A stretch of DNA of 64,000 nt, taken from Halieaceae bacterium. Its GTDB lineage: Bacteria > Pseudomonadota > Gammaproteobacteria > Pseudomonadales > Halieaceae. Positions 1 through 9,404 of this stretch are shown piece after piece (positions within the stretch are counted from its first letter, which is position 1; each line of letters begins with the position of its first letter). The position numbers and the translations under genes are program-made. The stretch is taken from the NCBI GenBank assembly GCA_039989475.1, contig JBDXHU010000009.1, positions 537,721-601,720 of the forward strand, given 5' to 3'. The notes under the pieces are model-generated. The model saw only the letters and a list, made by a program, of their open reading frames with translations, searched no databases and was not told the DNA's origin.

Positions 1-1
1 C

Positions 2-232
2 GACATCTACCAGGAGTACCTGTTACTGGACAGCAGCAGCAAGCTGTCTGAGCATTTCAGCACCAACCTGGAGCGGGTCTACCTGAACTGGGCCTCGGGT
101 GAAGAATGGCGCGGCGAATGGGAGATAGCGCAGGGGCTTTTGAATGAGTGTACGCAAATGCTCAGTACCGCCGCCCGCTGTGAATCGGCCCTGCTGAAGA
201 TCAATGCCCGCCGCGACGCCGGCTATCTCTAG
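2..232 (+). CDS. 3' end of an unidentified CDS entering from the left window edge (77 codons, ends ...RRDAGYL-stop)
   Basis: The frame is open from the window edge to TAG at 230-232. It is absent from the ORF track because no start lies in the window. No motif recognised. Its stop overlaps the stop of the convergent 229..1728 gene in the palindrome CTAG. Confidence 0.3.
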   Translation, partial: DIYQEYLLLDSSSKLSEHFSTNLERVYLNWASGEEWRGEWEIAQGLLNECTQMLSTAARCESALLKINARRDAGYL

Positions 233-1728
233 TGGGGTGACCCCCGGGGCGACTGCGCCACCGCAGTCAGCACCCAGCTGGGGTTGGGCTGTTCCAATTC
301 ATAATGATCGGTCTGCGGAAAGTAAGCCGGGCGCTTGCCTTGCAGGCGCCGATCAAACTGCACCCGGGTCACAAAGCGGGGCTCGGTAGCCGACAGGGAG
401 CCGGCGGTGACACTGCCATAAATACTCAAACTGGCCGCGCCCGGGTCGCGATAATCCCTGATGCGAAATCGCCGCCGGGCATAGATTGCAGCCGCAATTG
501 AAATATCCCCCGGCCCAGTCACCGCAACACCCGCCACCTCCACGGTCTTTTCGCTGACCAGGCCCAGGTAATCCGGTGAATCGGCTTGCCGGCGCGGGTC
601 CCTGGCGTAGGCCAGGCTGCCAGTAATAGTGATCCTCTGGGGGGAATAGACCAGCACACTGCCACGCACTGTGCCCTGCACCTGCAGTCGCACTCCATCG
701 TCGGCGATAATCAACCAGGGCTGGTCGGGCAAGCTGACTATACCGCTAGCCTGGTCAACTCCGAGGGCCTGCCAGCGGTAGCTTCCGTCGGCGTCAAACA
801 GCAACTGAGTGTCCGCTTCGATGAAGTGCAGGCGCTCCTGTTCCACCGCCAGTTCACGCCAGGGAAAGGCCCGCTGCGGCAGTGGAATCTTCCGCGCCCA
901 GGTTTGCAAACCGCCACTGAACACCTCGGCCCTCTTGCCTGAACGTCGCATGGTTACCCGACCGGACACCGTGGTCATGCCAGTGACCCGCGGCCCGCTC
1001 TCTGCATCAACCTCCACCAGCAGCGGGGAATTGGAGTGAAAGCGGCCATCGATCTGGTCGTTGGCCAGCGAGATCTCGGGATCCCAGCGGTCCACCAATT
1101 GGGCATAAGCGGAGAACGCCAGTCGTTTAACCGGCACCTGGGCCGACAGGCTCAGGCCATCGATTTCGGTTCTGACATCCAGGATCGCTCGCTCCAGGTC
1201 CATGGCCGAGTCGGGCGCCAGCCGCTCCACACTAGCGCGAAATTCCTGCTCACCCTGACGCCAGCGCAGCGGTTCATCACTATCGGTCCAGGCCGGTAAT
1301 TGCTGCTGCCAGCGATGCAAGGCTGTCTGCAATATCTGCCTGTGGTCACTCTCCATGGGAAACTCTACGGCAAGACTGGCCAGGCCAATCTCAAACTCCT
1401 CCTGCAAGCGCGGCACCGGGTTCAACTCCAGCTCGGGTGCAGCAGTTAGCGCCGATGGCGGTAATGGCGTAGCTGCCAGGGCCTGGGGTAGCTCTGGAGG
1501 GGAGGCCTGCGTTGTCGCTGTTGGCTGGACGGAGCTTCGCTTGGCGGGGCTTTGCTGTGGCGGTCGATCAAGGCTTTGCTGTGGCGCCTCCAACAGCGAC
1601 AGTCGCAAGCTTGGGAAGCCAGTGGTGGCAGCCGGGAACCAGTGCTGCAGGGCCGCCAGCGTCAACAGGTGTACTGTCGACGACAGCAACAGGGCGAGGA
1701 TGATCGGGCGCCGACGCCGCTGCTCCAT
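229..1728 (-). CDS. Hypothetical membrane-anchored protein (499 aa): N-terminal TM helix, Pro/Gln/Ala-rich linker, beta-rich C-terminal half
   Basis: Long ORF 66 nt downstream of the cNMP-HDOD gene on the same strand. The N-terminus RRRRPIILALLLSSTVHLLTLAAL looks like a signal anchor. It is followed by a low-complexity stretch (PPQQSPAKRSSVQPTATTQASPPELPQALAATPLPP). No family recognised. Confidence 0.6.
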   Translation of the reverse strand: MEQRRRRPIILALLLSSTVHLLTLAALQHWFPAATTGFPSLRLSLLEAPQQSLDRPPQQSPAKRSSVQPTATTQASPPELPQALAATPLPPSALTAAPELELNPVPRLQEEFEIGLASLAVEFPMESDHRQILQTALHRWQQQLPAWTDSDEPLRWRQGEQEFRASVERLAPDSAMDLERAILDVRTEIDGLSLSAQVPVKRLAFSAYAQLVDRWDPEISLANDQIDGRFHSNSPLLVEVDAESGPRVTGMTTVSGRVTMRRSGKRAEVFSGGLQTWARKIPLPQRAFPWRELAVEQERLHFIEADTQLLFDADGSYRWQALGVDQASGIVSLPDQPWLIIADDGVRLQVQGTVRGSVLVYSPQRITITGSLAYARDPRRQADSPDYLGLVSEKTVEVAGVAVTGPGDISIAAAIYARRRFRIRDYRDPGAASLSIYGSVTAGSLSATEPRFVTRVQFDRRLQGKRPAYFPQTDHYELEQPNPSWVLTAVAQSPRGSPH

Positions 1729-1794
1729 GGCTGGTACTCATTTCGCGAACCGGTACTTCAGCATAGTGCATGACGGGCAGCCCTGCCCGCGGGC

Positions 1795-3177
1795 TTAACC
1801 GCTAATCAGGGCCCTGGCTTCCTCAATCTCAGTTTGCGCATTCTGCATGAAATCCTTGGCGAACTCAGGGCAGAGCTGATCACCCAGTAAGCGCTCGCAG
1901 GCGCCGACACTGTGTATCTTTGGAACAGGACGGTGACCAATGTTGGCGTGCAGGGACGCGGTAATCACCAGGTCACAGAGATCAGCCTTGTCGCCCTCTT
2001 CGCGTTCGCGGCCCCAACTCTCGCACTCACGTGCGCAGAGAACCAATTCCTCGGGAAAGGACCAGTGCTCCAGCACCAGGCCACCCACTTCAGCCTTGAG
2101 CTCGTCCACGGTAACGCTCAGCCGATCTTCATCCAGGTAAATTTCCGGATAGTTGGCGAGGTAATTGAATACAGACAGCGTGCCAATATTGCTTAACAAG
2201 CCGGCCAATACACCCTCTTCCGGGCTGAAGCGCTTACTGCGGCGGGCCAGCACGGCGGCAATGGCGCCGACGTAGACGGTGTGATCCCAGGCGGCGCGCA
2301 TGGACTTGCGCAGCTCCGGAATACCGGTTTGAAACAAATCACGAACGGTGTAGCTGAGCACCAGCTGGCGCGTGGTTTTTACACCCATGCGCACCACGGC
2401 ATCACGCAGCGAGTCGCAGGGCTCATAGCCCCGGTAAAACGCACTATTGGCCGCCTTGCTGATCTTGGCCGCGATCGCCGGGTCGGTGCTGATAATCTCG
2501 GAAATCACCTTGGCCGGCACATCGGGATCGTCCATGACCTTGCGTATCTTGATTGCGACTTCCGGGATACTGGTCAGGGTAAACCGGTTACCCGCCAGGT
2601 CCTCTCGGAAGGACTGCATCAGGGCTGCGGCTTCAGCGGTGCTGACCCGCCCCGCCGGCAATTCATTGATCTCGTAATCGCCCTCATCGTCCCCGTCATC
2701 ACCATAACTTTGAGATGCAGGCGGCGGGGCCAGTTCATTGAGCACATGCCGATTCAATTCCAGGTAGGCGCAATCGGTGACCGCTAGCGCCGTGTATTTG
2801 CGAGGTCGCAGGCTGGACACGACCCGCGAGGCGCTCTCGGAGCCAGATACCAGCTCACGAGTACCACCATCCGGCGCGTTCAGGCGCAGGTTGCCCTCAA
2901 ACAGGAAATAGTCCAGTTCATCCTCATCACCGGCCTCGAACAAGGTCTCATCAGCGCTCAGGTAGCGAAAGGTCAACTTCTCCGCCAGCAGCACCAGTTC
3001 GTCGTGGGCCAGGTCGGCAAACACCTGGTAACGGCGCAGTGACTCAGGATCGAGTGATTTCGGGATAACCAACTTCAATGAAGAAGGCACGCGCTCCGCC
3101 TTGGAGGCGGCAGCAGCGGTAGGTTCGCTTTCCTTGCGAGAAAAGCCTTTCAGCAGGGCCTTGAGCATAGTCGACAC
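1795..3177 (-). CDS. Cyclic-nucleotide-binding domain + HDOD domain signalling protein
   Basis: The N-terminal half has a cNMP-binding-like pattern (FADLAHDELVLLAEKLTFRYLSADETLFEAGDEDELDYFLFEGNLRL). The C-terminal half is HDOD-like (LTSIPEVAIKIRKVMDDPDVPAKVISEIISTDPAIAAKISKAANSAFY...). The track start at 3177 is a GTG; an ATG at 3168 is an alternative. Confidence 0.8.
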   Translation of the reverse strand: MSTMLKALLKGFSRKESEPTAAAASKAERVPSSLKLVIPKSLDPESLRRYQVFADLAHDELVLLAEKLTFRYLSADETLFEAGDEDELDYFLFEGNLRLNAPDGGTRELVSGSESASRVVSSLRPRKYTALAVTDCAYLELNRHVLNELAPPPASQSYGDDGDDEGDYEINELPAGRVSTAEAAALMQSFREDLAGNRFTLTSIPEVAIKIRKVMDDPDVPAKVISEIISTDPAIAAKISKAANSAFYRGYEPCDSLRDAVVRMGVKTTRQLVLSYTVRDLFQTGIPELRKSMRAAWDHTVYVGAIAAVLARRSKRFSPEEGVLAGLLSNIGTLSVFNYLANYPEIYLDEDRLSVTVDELKAEVGGLVLEHWSFPEELVLCARECESWGREREEGDKADLCDLVITASLHANIGHRPVPKIHSVGACERLLGDQLCPEFAKDFMQNAQTEIEEARALISG

Positions 3178-3208
3178 CGATATAGGACGTATTCTTTACC
3201 TATATCGG
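3177..3208. repeat. Perfect 10-bp inverted repeat CCGATATAGG-N12-CCTATATCGG abutting the start of the cNMP-HDOD gene (possible operator or 5'-UTR hairpin)
   Basis: Read directly: arms at 3177-3186 and 3199-3208 are exact reverse complements. Function unknown. Confidence 0.4.
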
Positions 3209-3300
3209 CGTACTAATGGGAATCTTTAGGGGGATATCCAGCACCCTCAATGGCTGCTGGGTATCCGGCGCTGCCCTGCCGCCCCTTGAGGGCGGAAAAA

Positions 3301-4488
3301 CTAGCTATCCAGGCCCTGGTAGTAATCAGAGAGGATTTTTGCGACCTCGGGGCGGGAGAACTCGGGCGGTGGGGCCATGCCCTTGCCCAGCATTTCCCGG
3401 ACCGCCGTACCGGATAGCAGCACAAAGTCGTCCTTGGAATGGTCAGGCGCGTCTTTCATCATCACCACCTTGTCGAGCTTCTTGCTGTAGGCGGTGTGAT
3501 CGGCGTTGTAGATCTCCAGTTCCAGGGAGCCGGCAGGCACTTCTTCGGCAAAGATGGTCTGGGCATCAAAACCGCCGTAGTAGTCACCGACACCGGCGTG
3601 GTCGCGGCCGACAATCAGGTGACTACAACCACAGTTCTGGCGGAATACGGCATGCAGCACCGCTTCGCGCGGGCCCGCGTAGAGCATGTCGAAGCCGTAA
3701 CCCGTGACCATCACAGTATTCGGCGGGAAGTACACTTCCACCATCTTGCGGATGGAGGCATCGCGTACGTCAGCGGGAATATCGCCCGGCTTGAGCTTGC
3801 CCAGCAGCATGTGAATGAGGATGCCATCCGTGCCGAGGTCTTCCATGGCCATGCGACACAGCTCTTCGTGGGCGCGGTGCATGGGGTTCCGGGTCTGGAA
3901 GGCCACCACTTTTTCCCAGCCGTGTTCGCGAATTTCATTGCGGATTTCCACGGCGGTACGGAAGGTATCGGGGAAATCGGTCTGGAAGTAAGAGAAGTTC
4001 AAAACCTCGATGGGGCCTGACAACAGGGTATTCCCGAGGCCGGTAAAGGTGGCCACACCCGGGTGGTTTTCATCCAGGGTACGGAAGATGTGCTCCGCCA
4101 TGCCCTTGATCTCCTCATCGGAGACCTGCTCGACATCCGTGACGTCCATGACCGCCAGTACCGGATTCCCCTCTACATTGGGGTCACGCAGGGCGATACG
4201 GCTACCCGCCTCAACACCGCTCTCATTGGTGAGGTTAACAATGGGGACCGGGAAGAACAGGCCGCCTGCGGTGTGCATGGTTTCGGCCACACTGATCGCG
4301 TCCTGCTTGTTCATATAGCCAGTCAGCGGATTAAAATAGCCACCACCCAGCATCACCGCGTTAGCGGCAGCAGCAGAATTCAGCAAAATTGAAGGCAGAC
4401 CCTCCGCCTCAGCCACCAGCGCGTGGCGCTTCTCGGTGTCGTAAACAAAGCGTGGGTTAAGTTCGTCCGAGCCGTGTGGCTTGATCAT
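3301..4488 (-). CDS. sat: Sulfate adenylyltransferase, homo-oligomeric Sat type (ATP sulfurylase)
   Basis: 395 aa. ATP-sulfurylase motifs FQTRNPMHRAHEEL and VGRDHAGVGDYYG are present. It starts 13 nt after the cysC stop on the same strand. Confidence 0.9.
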   Translation of the reverse strand: MIKPHGSDELNPRFVYDTEKRHALVAEAEGLPSILLNSAAAANAVMLGGGYFNPLTGYMNKQDAISVAETMHTAGGLFFPVPIVNLTNESGVEAGSRIALRDPNVEGNPVLAVMDVTDVEQVSDEEIKGMAEHIFRTLDENHPGVATFTGLGNTLLSGPIEVLNFSYFQTDFPDTFRTAVEIRNEIREHGWEKVVAFQTRNPMHRAHEELCRMAMEDLGTDGILIHMLLGKLKPGDIPADVRDASIRKMVEVYFPPNTVMVTGYGFDMLYAGPREAVLHAVFRQNCGCSHLIVGRDHAGVGDYYGGFDAQTIFAEEVPAGSLELEIYNADHTAYSKKLDKVVMMKDAPDHSKDDFVLLSGTAVREMLGKGMAPPPEFSRPEVAKILSDYYQGLDS

Positions 4489-4501
4489 GTAGTTCTCCCG
4501 A

Positions 4502-5119
4502 TTACTGGCTGATGATGCCGCGAGCGCGCAGCTCGCTCAATATGACTGCTACTTCCTCTTCCAGCGACTGCTGGTCAGAATGGAGGTGGATCTCCGGCTT
4601 GGTCGGCTCCTCGTAGGGGTCGTCGATGCCGGTGAAGTTCTTGATCTCGCCGGCGCGAGCTTTCTTGTACAAACCCTTGGGATCGCGCTCTTCAGCTGTT
4701 TCCAGGCTGCAATCCACGTAGATTTCGATGAAATCCATGCCCGCTTCCTCGTGCAGCTTGCGTACCTCATCGCGGTCAGCGCGGTAGGGGCTGATAAAAC
4801 TGCTGAGAGCCATCATGCCGGAGTCGACAAACAGTTTGGCCACCTCGCCGATGCGGCGGATGTTCTCGGTGCGGTCCTCGGCGCTAAAGCCCAGGTTCTT
4901 GTTAATGCCCATGCGCACGTTGTCACCGTCGAGCCGATAGCTGACGATACCCATCTCATGCAGGGTGCCCTCCAACTCTACCGCCACGGTGCTTTTGCCG
5001 CTGCCGGAGAGGCCGGTAAACCAGAGGGTCGCGCCCTTGTGGCCCAGTAATTTCTCACGGTGCCCGCGGGTAATATCACCCTCATGCCAATGAACATTGG
5101 TCGCTTTTTGCTCAGCCAT
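4502..5119 (-). CDS. cysC: Adenylylsulfate (APS) kinase
   Basis: 205 aa. P-loop GLSGSGKST and the FISPYRADRD motif are typical of CysC. Confidence 0.93.
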   Translation of the reverse strand: MAEQKATNVHWHEGDITRGHREKLLGHKGATLWFTGLSGSGKSTVAVELEGTLHEMGIVSYRLDGDNVRMGINKNLGFSAEDRTENIRRIGEVAKLFVDSGMMALSSFISPYRADRDEVRKLHEEAGMDFIEIYVDCSLETAEERDPKGLYKKARAGEIKNFTGIDDPYEEPTKPEIHLHSDQQSLEEEVAVILSELRARGIISQ

Positions 5120-5356
5120 CTAGTTATCCTTGTGGAGAAATAATCGGAAAGGACGGCAAGATTACGCGGATTAGCGTCCCGTGTAAAACGCGCCAGCCCA
5201 GTAATTACGAGCCCGGGGCAGGTAGTCGGATTTTTGCCTGCCAGGGCTTTTTCCCGGACCTGTTCGTGGCGCTAATCGCGGAAAATGTATCCCAATATTT
5301 GCCTTTGCGGGAGCGGCATTATTAAATCCCCCCTGCACTACTCAGCGAGCACTGCT

Positions 5357-5818
5357 ATGAATCAACTACCTATTCCTGATTTCGGTGAACTTCTGGCCGA
5401 ACACCTCGGCCAGGTTCCGGCTGAGGCCTTGCCCTACATGCTGTCGCAACTGGAGCGAACAGCCGCAGACCGCTACCGGGGCTGGGCCGAGGATGTACCT
5501 GAACATGCCGCAGGCTTGCTGGCCTGCGCCGGTCGCGAGGATGACATCGCCGACCGGGTGGAAGCGATGTTTCCCCCTGCAGACGAGCATCGCCAGTTGG
5601 TCGCCGGTCTGATGCCGGCCGCGAAAGCCACCTATTACGAGGTGTTTGCCGGCTACACGGCGCTGGAGCAAATGCAGATACAGGAAGATGCGGAGCGCCA
5701 GGGCGCCAACGCCTGGCAAGGGCTGAAGGATGCTTATCCAGACAAAGCCGCGCAACTCGATGAACTCTCCGCTATCGAACTGCGCAGCGCAGACTACCTG
5801 GACACGCTACTGAACTAG
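5357..5818 (+). CDS. Hypothetical helical protein (about 153 aa), possibly ferritin-like
   Basis: The track ORF 5285..5818 is trimmed to the internal ATG (MNQLPIPDFG...); the true start is uncertain. A weak ERTAADRY motif resembles the ESEARDRY motif of the ferritin-like protein at 35337. No confident family call. Confidence 0.45.
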   Translation: MNQLPIPDFGELLAEHLGQVPAEALPYMLSQLERTAADRYRGWAEDVPEHAAGLLACAGREDDIADRVEAMFPPADEHRQLVAGLMPAAKATYYEVFAGYTALEQMQIQEDAERQGANAWQGLKDAYPDKAAQLDELSAIELRSADYLDTLLN

Positions 5819-5854
5819 CACATCCTGGCCCCGGGTTTCCCGAAGTGCGCCGGC

Positions 5855-7294
5855 CTAGATAAACACCTGGTCGGTGTAGAAGCCGTGGAAACCGAAGGGT
5901 ATATGGTTTCTCAGGGGCACCGTCGCCACCTCCCGGCCCATGTCTGTGGCATCCACCAGCGCCACCTCGCTGAGCCCAGTGTGGGCGTTGTACACCACCC
6001 CCGCCAGCCAGCCGTCATCCTCAGCGGCGTTTTCATGGCGCGGGATGAACAGGGCCTCAGACACAAAGCGTCCCGGCCCGAAATCGTAGACCTGGGCCTG
6101 GCCTGTTTCCAAATCCACCTTCTGCAGTGCATTGAAGTTGTAAGGTGTGCCGTTTTCGACGATGGCGGTGAGGTAGGCGTATTGTGTCTTGAGGCCGGTC
6201 TTGCGCATATCCCACATGGGGAAGTCACCCGGCAAGGCGCCGGCGTGTTTGTGGCCGGAGACCTCACCATTAGCCAGGTTCAAACGAAAACGGTAGAAAC
6301 AGGCCGAGGGGTCTGACTCCATTTCCACGTCCTGGAACATATCCCGCAGGGCATCCATAGAGCCCATTTTATCGACCCGCGATACATCACAACACAAGTC
6401 ATCACCCTCTTCCCAGGCATTACCGAAGTGGAAGCAGAAGAAGGGATCGACTTCAAACTCGCGCACAACGCTCAGGTCATCGAGTGACAGCACCACCACC
6501 TTGGTGGGCATGGAGTCATCAAACGCCATGGCATCGACAATGCTGTGCATTCCGAGCAGGAATTTGATCGGGGTTTTAAACACCGCCGGACAGAGGAAGA
6601 AAACCGCATAGCGATCGGTCATGCAAAAGTCATGGCACATCGCGTAGTTGCCTACATTGTGGCGCACCCTTTGTACCATCTCGCCAGCGGCGTTGATCTT
6701 GTAGAAATTGAGCGCGCCCATCATGCCAAAGTTGTAGTAGTGGCCGGTGCGCGGGTGAATCTTGCCATGGGCGCTGAAAGGCATACCGCGCTTGAGCTCG
6801 CCATTGAACTTCCAGGCACCCTTGGTCTCCAGCGTCGCCGGGTCCAGCTCCCAGGGGTCACCACCCTCCCAAAGCGTCAGCAATTTGCCGGCGTGGTAGA
6901 CCACCGAGGTATTGGCGGCGTTGCCGGGGAAGCGGAACATATTGTTGAGAAAGCCGCCTGGCCGCTGGGTGCCCACGCCGCGGTACAGAATTCTCTGGGC
7001 GGCGGACTCCTCCAGGTACTTGGGTGTCTGCACGTAGCGGTTGCGATAGTGGACGGCGCCGTCCTTGAAGGTGATGGCGTTAAGCATGCCATCGCCGTCA
7101 AACCAGTGCCCAAACTTGTATTTGCCGACCTTGAGCCGGCCGGGACCGTTGCGAAACAAGGTGCCCTTCACCTCAGTCGGAATCTCGCCGCTGATTTCCT
7201 CTGCCGTTATGGTGTAATCGTGCTCACCATCCGCGGCCTCGAAACCGGGGATATGACAACCACGCATAATCTTTTCGGGTACTGGCGCATTCAT
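5855..7294 (-). CDS. Carotenoid/stilbene cleavage oxygenase family protein (CCO/RPE65 fold)
   Basis: 479 aa. Family-typical segments: FDGDGMLNAITF, HDFCMTDRYAVFF, FHFGNAWEE, and the C-terminal FHGFY. Confidence 0.85.
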   Translation of the reverse strand: MNAPVPEKIMRGCHIPGFEAADGEHDYTITAEEISGEIPTEVKGTLFRNGPGRLKVGKYKFGHWFDGDGMLNAITFKDGAVHYRNRYVQTPKYLEESAAQRILYRGVGTQRPGGFLNNMFRFPGNAANTSVVYHAGKLLTLWEGGDPWELDPATLETKGAWKFNGELKRGMPFSAHGKIHPRTGHYYNFGMMGALNFYKINAAGEMVQRVRHNVGNYAMCHDFCMTDRYAVFFLCPAVFKTPIKFLLGMHSIVDAMAFDDSMPTKVVVLSLDDLSVVREFEVDPFFCFHFGNAWEEGDDLCCDVSRVDKMGSMDALRDMFQDVEMESDPSACFYRFRLNLANGEVSGHKHAGALPGDFPMWDMRKTGLKTQYAYLTAIVENGTPYNFNALQKVDLETGQAQVYDFGPGRFVSEALFIPRHENAAEDDGWLAGVVYNAHTGLSEVALVDATDMGREVATVPLRNHIPFGFHGFYTDQVFI

Positions 7295-7483
7295 AGTACT
7301 TACCTCCAGGGCATATATACTTTCAGCATAGCAAAAGCCGAAACAGGGAAAGTTGACGGCTGTCTACAAAGCTGGCTGATCTGTACGGCGTAATATGCCG
7401 TATGATCCCTATAACTCGCAATTGACCGGGCCTGGCTGCTGTCTACCTGAGCCAGCGTCAACACTGACTACAAGAAGGAAATC

Positions 7484-8491
7484 ATGAGTCTAACAAACCG
7501 TAAGATCGTGCTGGACAACTACCCGAGCGCACTGCCTACCGCCGATGCCATGAGGCTGGAAACCGTGGAGGCACGCGAGCCAGAAGATGGCGAGATCCTG
7601 GTGGCCGTTGATGCTGTCTCGATCGATGCCTGGATTGGCACCACCATGAGCCCGGGCTGGTTACACCAGATGATCCCACTGGAAGCCACCGTACCGGCGC
7701 TGGGTGTAGGCCGGGTGCTGGCCTCTGGAAGCAGCGAGTTTGCCGAGGGCGACGCGGTTTTTGGCGCGCTCTGTGCCCAGACCCACGCCACCGTTGCGGC
7801 CTCAGACTGTCACAAAATAGATGTCTCCCAGGTGCCGCTTTCTGCCTACCTCGGCCTGCTCAGCCCCACCACCGGCTTCACCTCCTTTTTCGGCATTCGC
7901 GACGTGGGCCAGGTCAAGGCCGGCGACACGGTGCTGGTATCAGCCGCAGCCGGAGCTGTCGGCACAACCGCAGGCCAAATGGCCAGACTTGAAGGCGCGA
8001 CCACGGTGATTGGTATTGCTGGCGGTCCCGAAAAATGTCGCTTCCTGACCGAGGTCGCGGGCTTCGACGCCGCCATCGACTACAAGGGCGAAGACATCGA
8101 TGCGCGCTTGAAGGAGATCGCGCCTGAGGGTATCGATGTGTTCTTTGACAACGTCGGCGGGGAGATGCTGGACGTGGTGCTGGAGCACATCCGCGAGCGG
8201 GCCCGGGTGGTAATCTGCGGTGCCATCTCACAATACGCTGATAACCAGAATGTCTATGGCCCCACGCACTACCTGCGACTGGCCGAACGCTATGCCCGCA
8301 TGGAGGGCTTCACGGCCTTTCATTTCGAGGACCGTTATCACGAGGCCGCGGCCGCGATTGCCCAGTGGATCGCCGAGGGCAAGATCACCCAGCACGAGCA
8401 AGTGGAGACTGGCCTGGAGTCATTCCCGGGAGCGCTGGAGATGCTATTTACCGGCGGCAATACCGGCAAGCTGCTGGTGCAGATCAGCTAG
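7484..8491 (+). CDS. NADP-dependent oxidoreductase, MDR superfamily (YncB/CurA-like enone reductase group)
   Basis: 335 aa. Nucleotide-binding motif VSAAAGAVGTTAGQ. The ending GKLLVQI is typical of this subgroup. Confidence 0.85.
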   Translation: MSLTNRKIVLDNYPSALPTADAMRLETVEAREPEDGEILVAVDAVSIDAWIGTTMSPGWLHQMIPLEATVPALGVGRVLASGSSEFAEGDAVFGALCAQTHATVAASDCHKIDVSQVPLSAYLGLLSPTTGFTSFFGIRDVGQVKAGDTVLVSAAAGAVGTTAGQMARLEGATTVIGIAGGPEKCRFLTEVAGFDAAIDYKGEDIDARLKEIAPEGIDVFFDNVGGEMLDVVLEHIRERARVVICGAISQYADNQNVYGPTHYLRLAERYARMEGFTAFHFEDRYHEAAAAIAQWIAEGKITQHEQVETGLESFPGALEMLFTGGNTGKLLVQIS

Positions 8492-8497
8492 GGGCTT

Positions 8498-8526
8498 GGC
8501 CCCCCCGGTACCCGTTGGGGGCCTTT
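8498..8526 (+). terminator. Weak candidate intrinsic terminator after the 7484..8491 gene (7-bp GC stem GGCCCCC/GGGGGCC, 12-nt loop, then TTT)
   Basis: Stem arms at 8498-8504 and 8517-8523, read directly. The U-tract is only 3 nt, so the call is weak. Confidence 0.3.
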
Positions 8527-9404
8527 CAGCTACCTTTTAGGCCCGGCTTGACCACCCCGGTGGCCAGGGCGGTACCCAGCAGTATCAAGCCACAGCCTGC
8601 CAACATGCTGGTGGTGACCAACTCCGCCAGCAATACTGCGCCCAACACCATGGCCGCCAGGGGCACGATAAAGGTTACGGTCACGGCCTTGGCCGGACCC
8701 AATCGCGTCAACAGGCGGAAGAAGAGAATATAGGCGATGCCGGTACAGACCACCCCCAGCACCAACACCGACAGCCAGGCAGTGAGTGACGGCGCCTGCT
8801 CTGGCCAGTAAAAAAAGCACAGCGGCAGCAATATGATCGAGGCGGTGAGCTGACTGCCACCGGCCAATTCCAGCGAACCCAGGCCGGACATGTGTACCCG
8901 GGTGTGGTTGGCCGCGACGCCATAGCAGAGGGAGGCACCGAGACCCGCGGCGATGGCCAGTGCCACGCTGTTGCCGGAAACATCGATCTTGTCCCAGACC
9001 AGCAATACCACGCCGCCAAAGCCCACCATTAATCCCAGCGCCGGCAACCGGCCCGGCCGCTCCCCCAGCCAGAGAAACGCCACTATCGCGGTAAACAGCG
9101 GCGCCGTGGCATTCAGTACTGCGGTAAAGCCGGCACTCAGTGACAGGGTGGCGAAGGCAAACAGGGTAAAGGGCAGCGCCGAGTTAATGGTACCCACCAC
9201 GGCCAGGCCGCCAATGCGGCGGCGCATAATCGGAAAGCAACCCTGGTGCAGCAAGATCGGCAACAGGAACAGGAAGGCAATAGACACCCGCAGGGCAATC
9301 AGCACGACCGGGCCAAACTCGGGCGCGGCCACGCGCATAAACAGGAAGGAGCCACCCCACAGCGCACCCAGGGTGAACAGCTCCAACAGGTCCAGTGGCT
9401 TCAA
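8526..9404 (-). CDS. EamA/DMT-family (drug/metabolite exporter) membrane transporter
   Basis: 292 aa with about 10 hydrophobic segments and a duplicated EamA-like pattern. The TTG start at 9404 overlaps the stop of the upstream small ORF (TTGA). Confidence 0.85.
   Translation of the reverse strand: MKPLDLLELFTLGALWGGSFLFMRVAAPEFGPVVLIALRVSIAFLFLLPILLHQGCFPIMRRRIGGLAVVGTINSALPFTLFAFATLSLSAGFTAVLNATAPLFTAIVAFLWLGERPGRLPALGLMVGFGGVVLLVWDKIDVSGNSVALAIAAGLGASLCYGVAANHTRVHMSGLGSLELAGGSQLTASIILLPLCFFYWPEQAPSLTAWLSVLVLGVVCTGIAYILFFRLLTRLGPAKAVTVTFIVPLAAMVLGAVLLAELVTTSMLAGCGLILLGTALATGVVKPGLKGS

Noticed and set aside
229-232. Two convergent genes share their stop codons in the palindrome CTAG.
   Set aside because: It is real but trivial. 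It is a consequence of the TAG/CTA palindrome and carries no evident functional implication.
3268-3300. GC hairpin CCGCCC-CTTGAG-GGCGG immediately after the sat stop, considered as an intrinsic terminator.
   Set aside because: On the minus (coding) strand the T-run precedes rather than follows the stem, so it does not fit the Rho-independent model. I left it uncalled.
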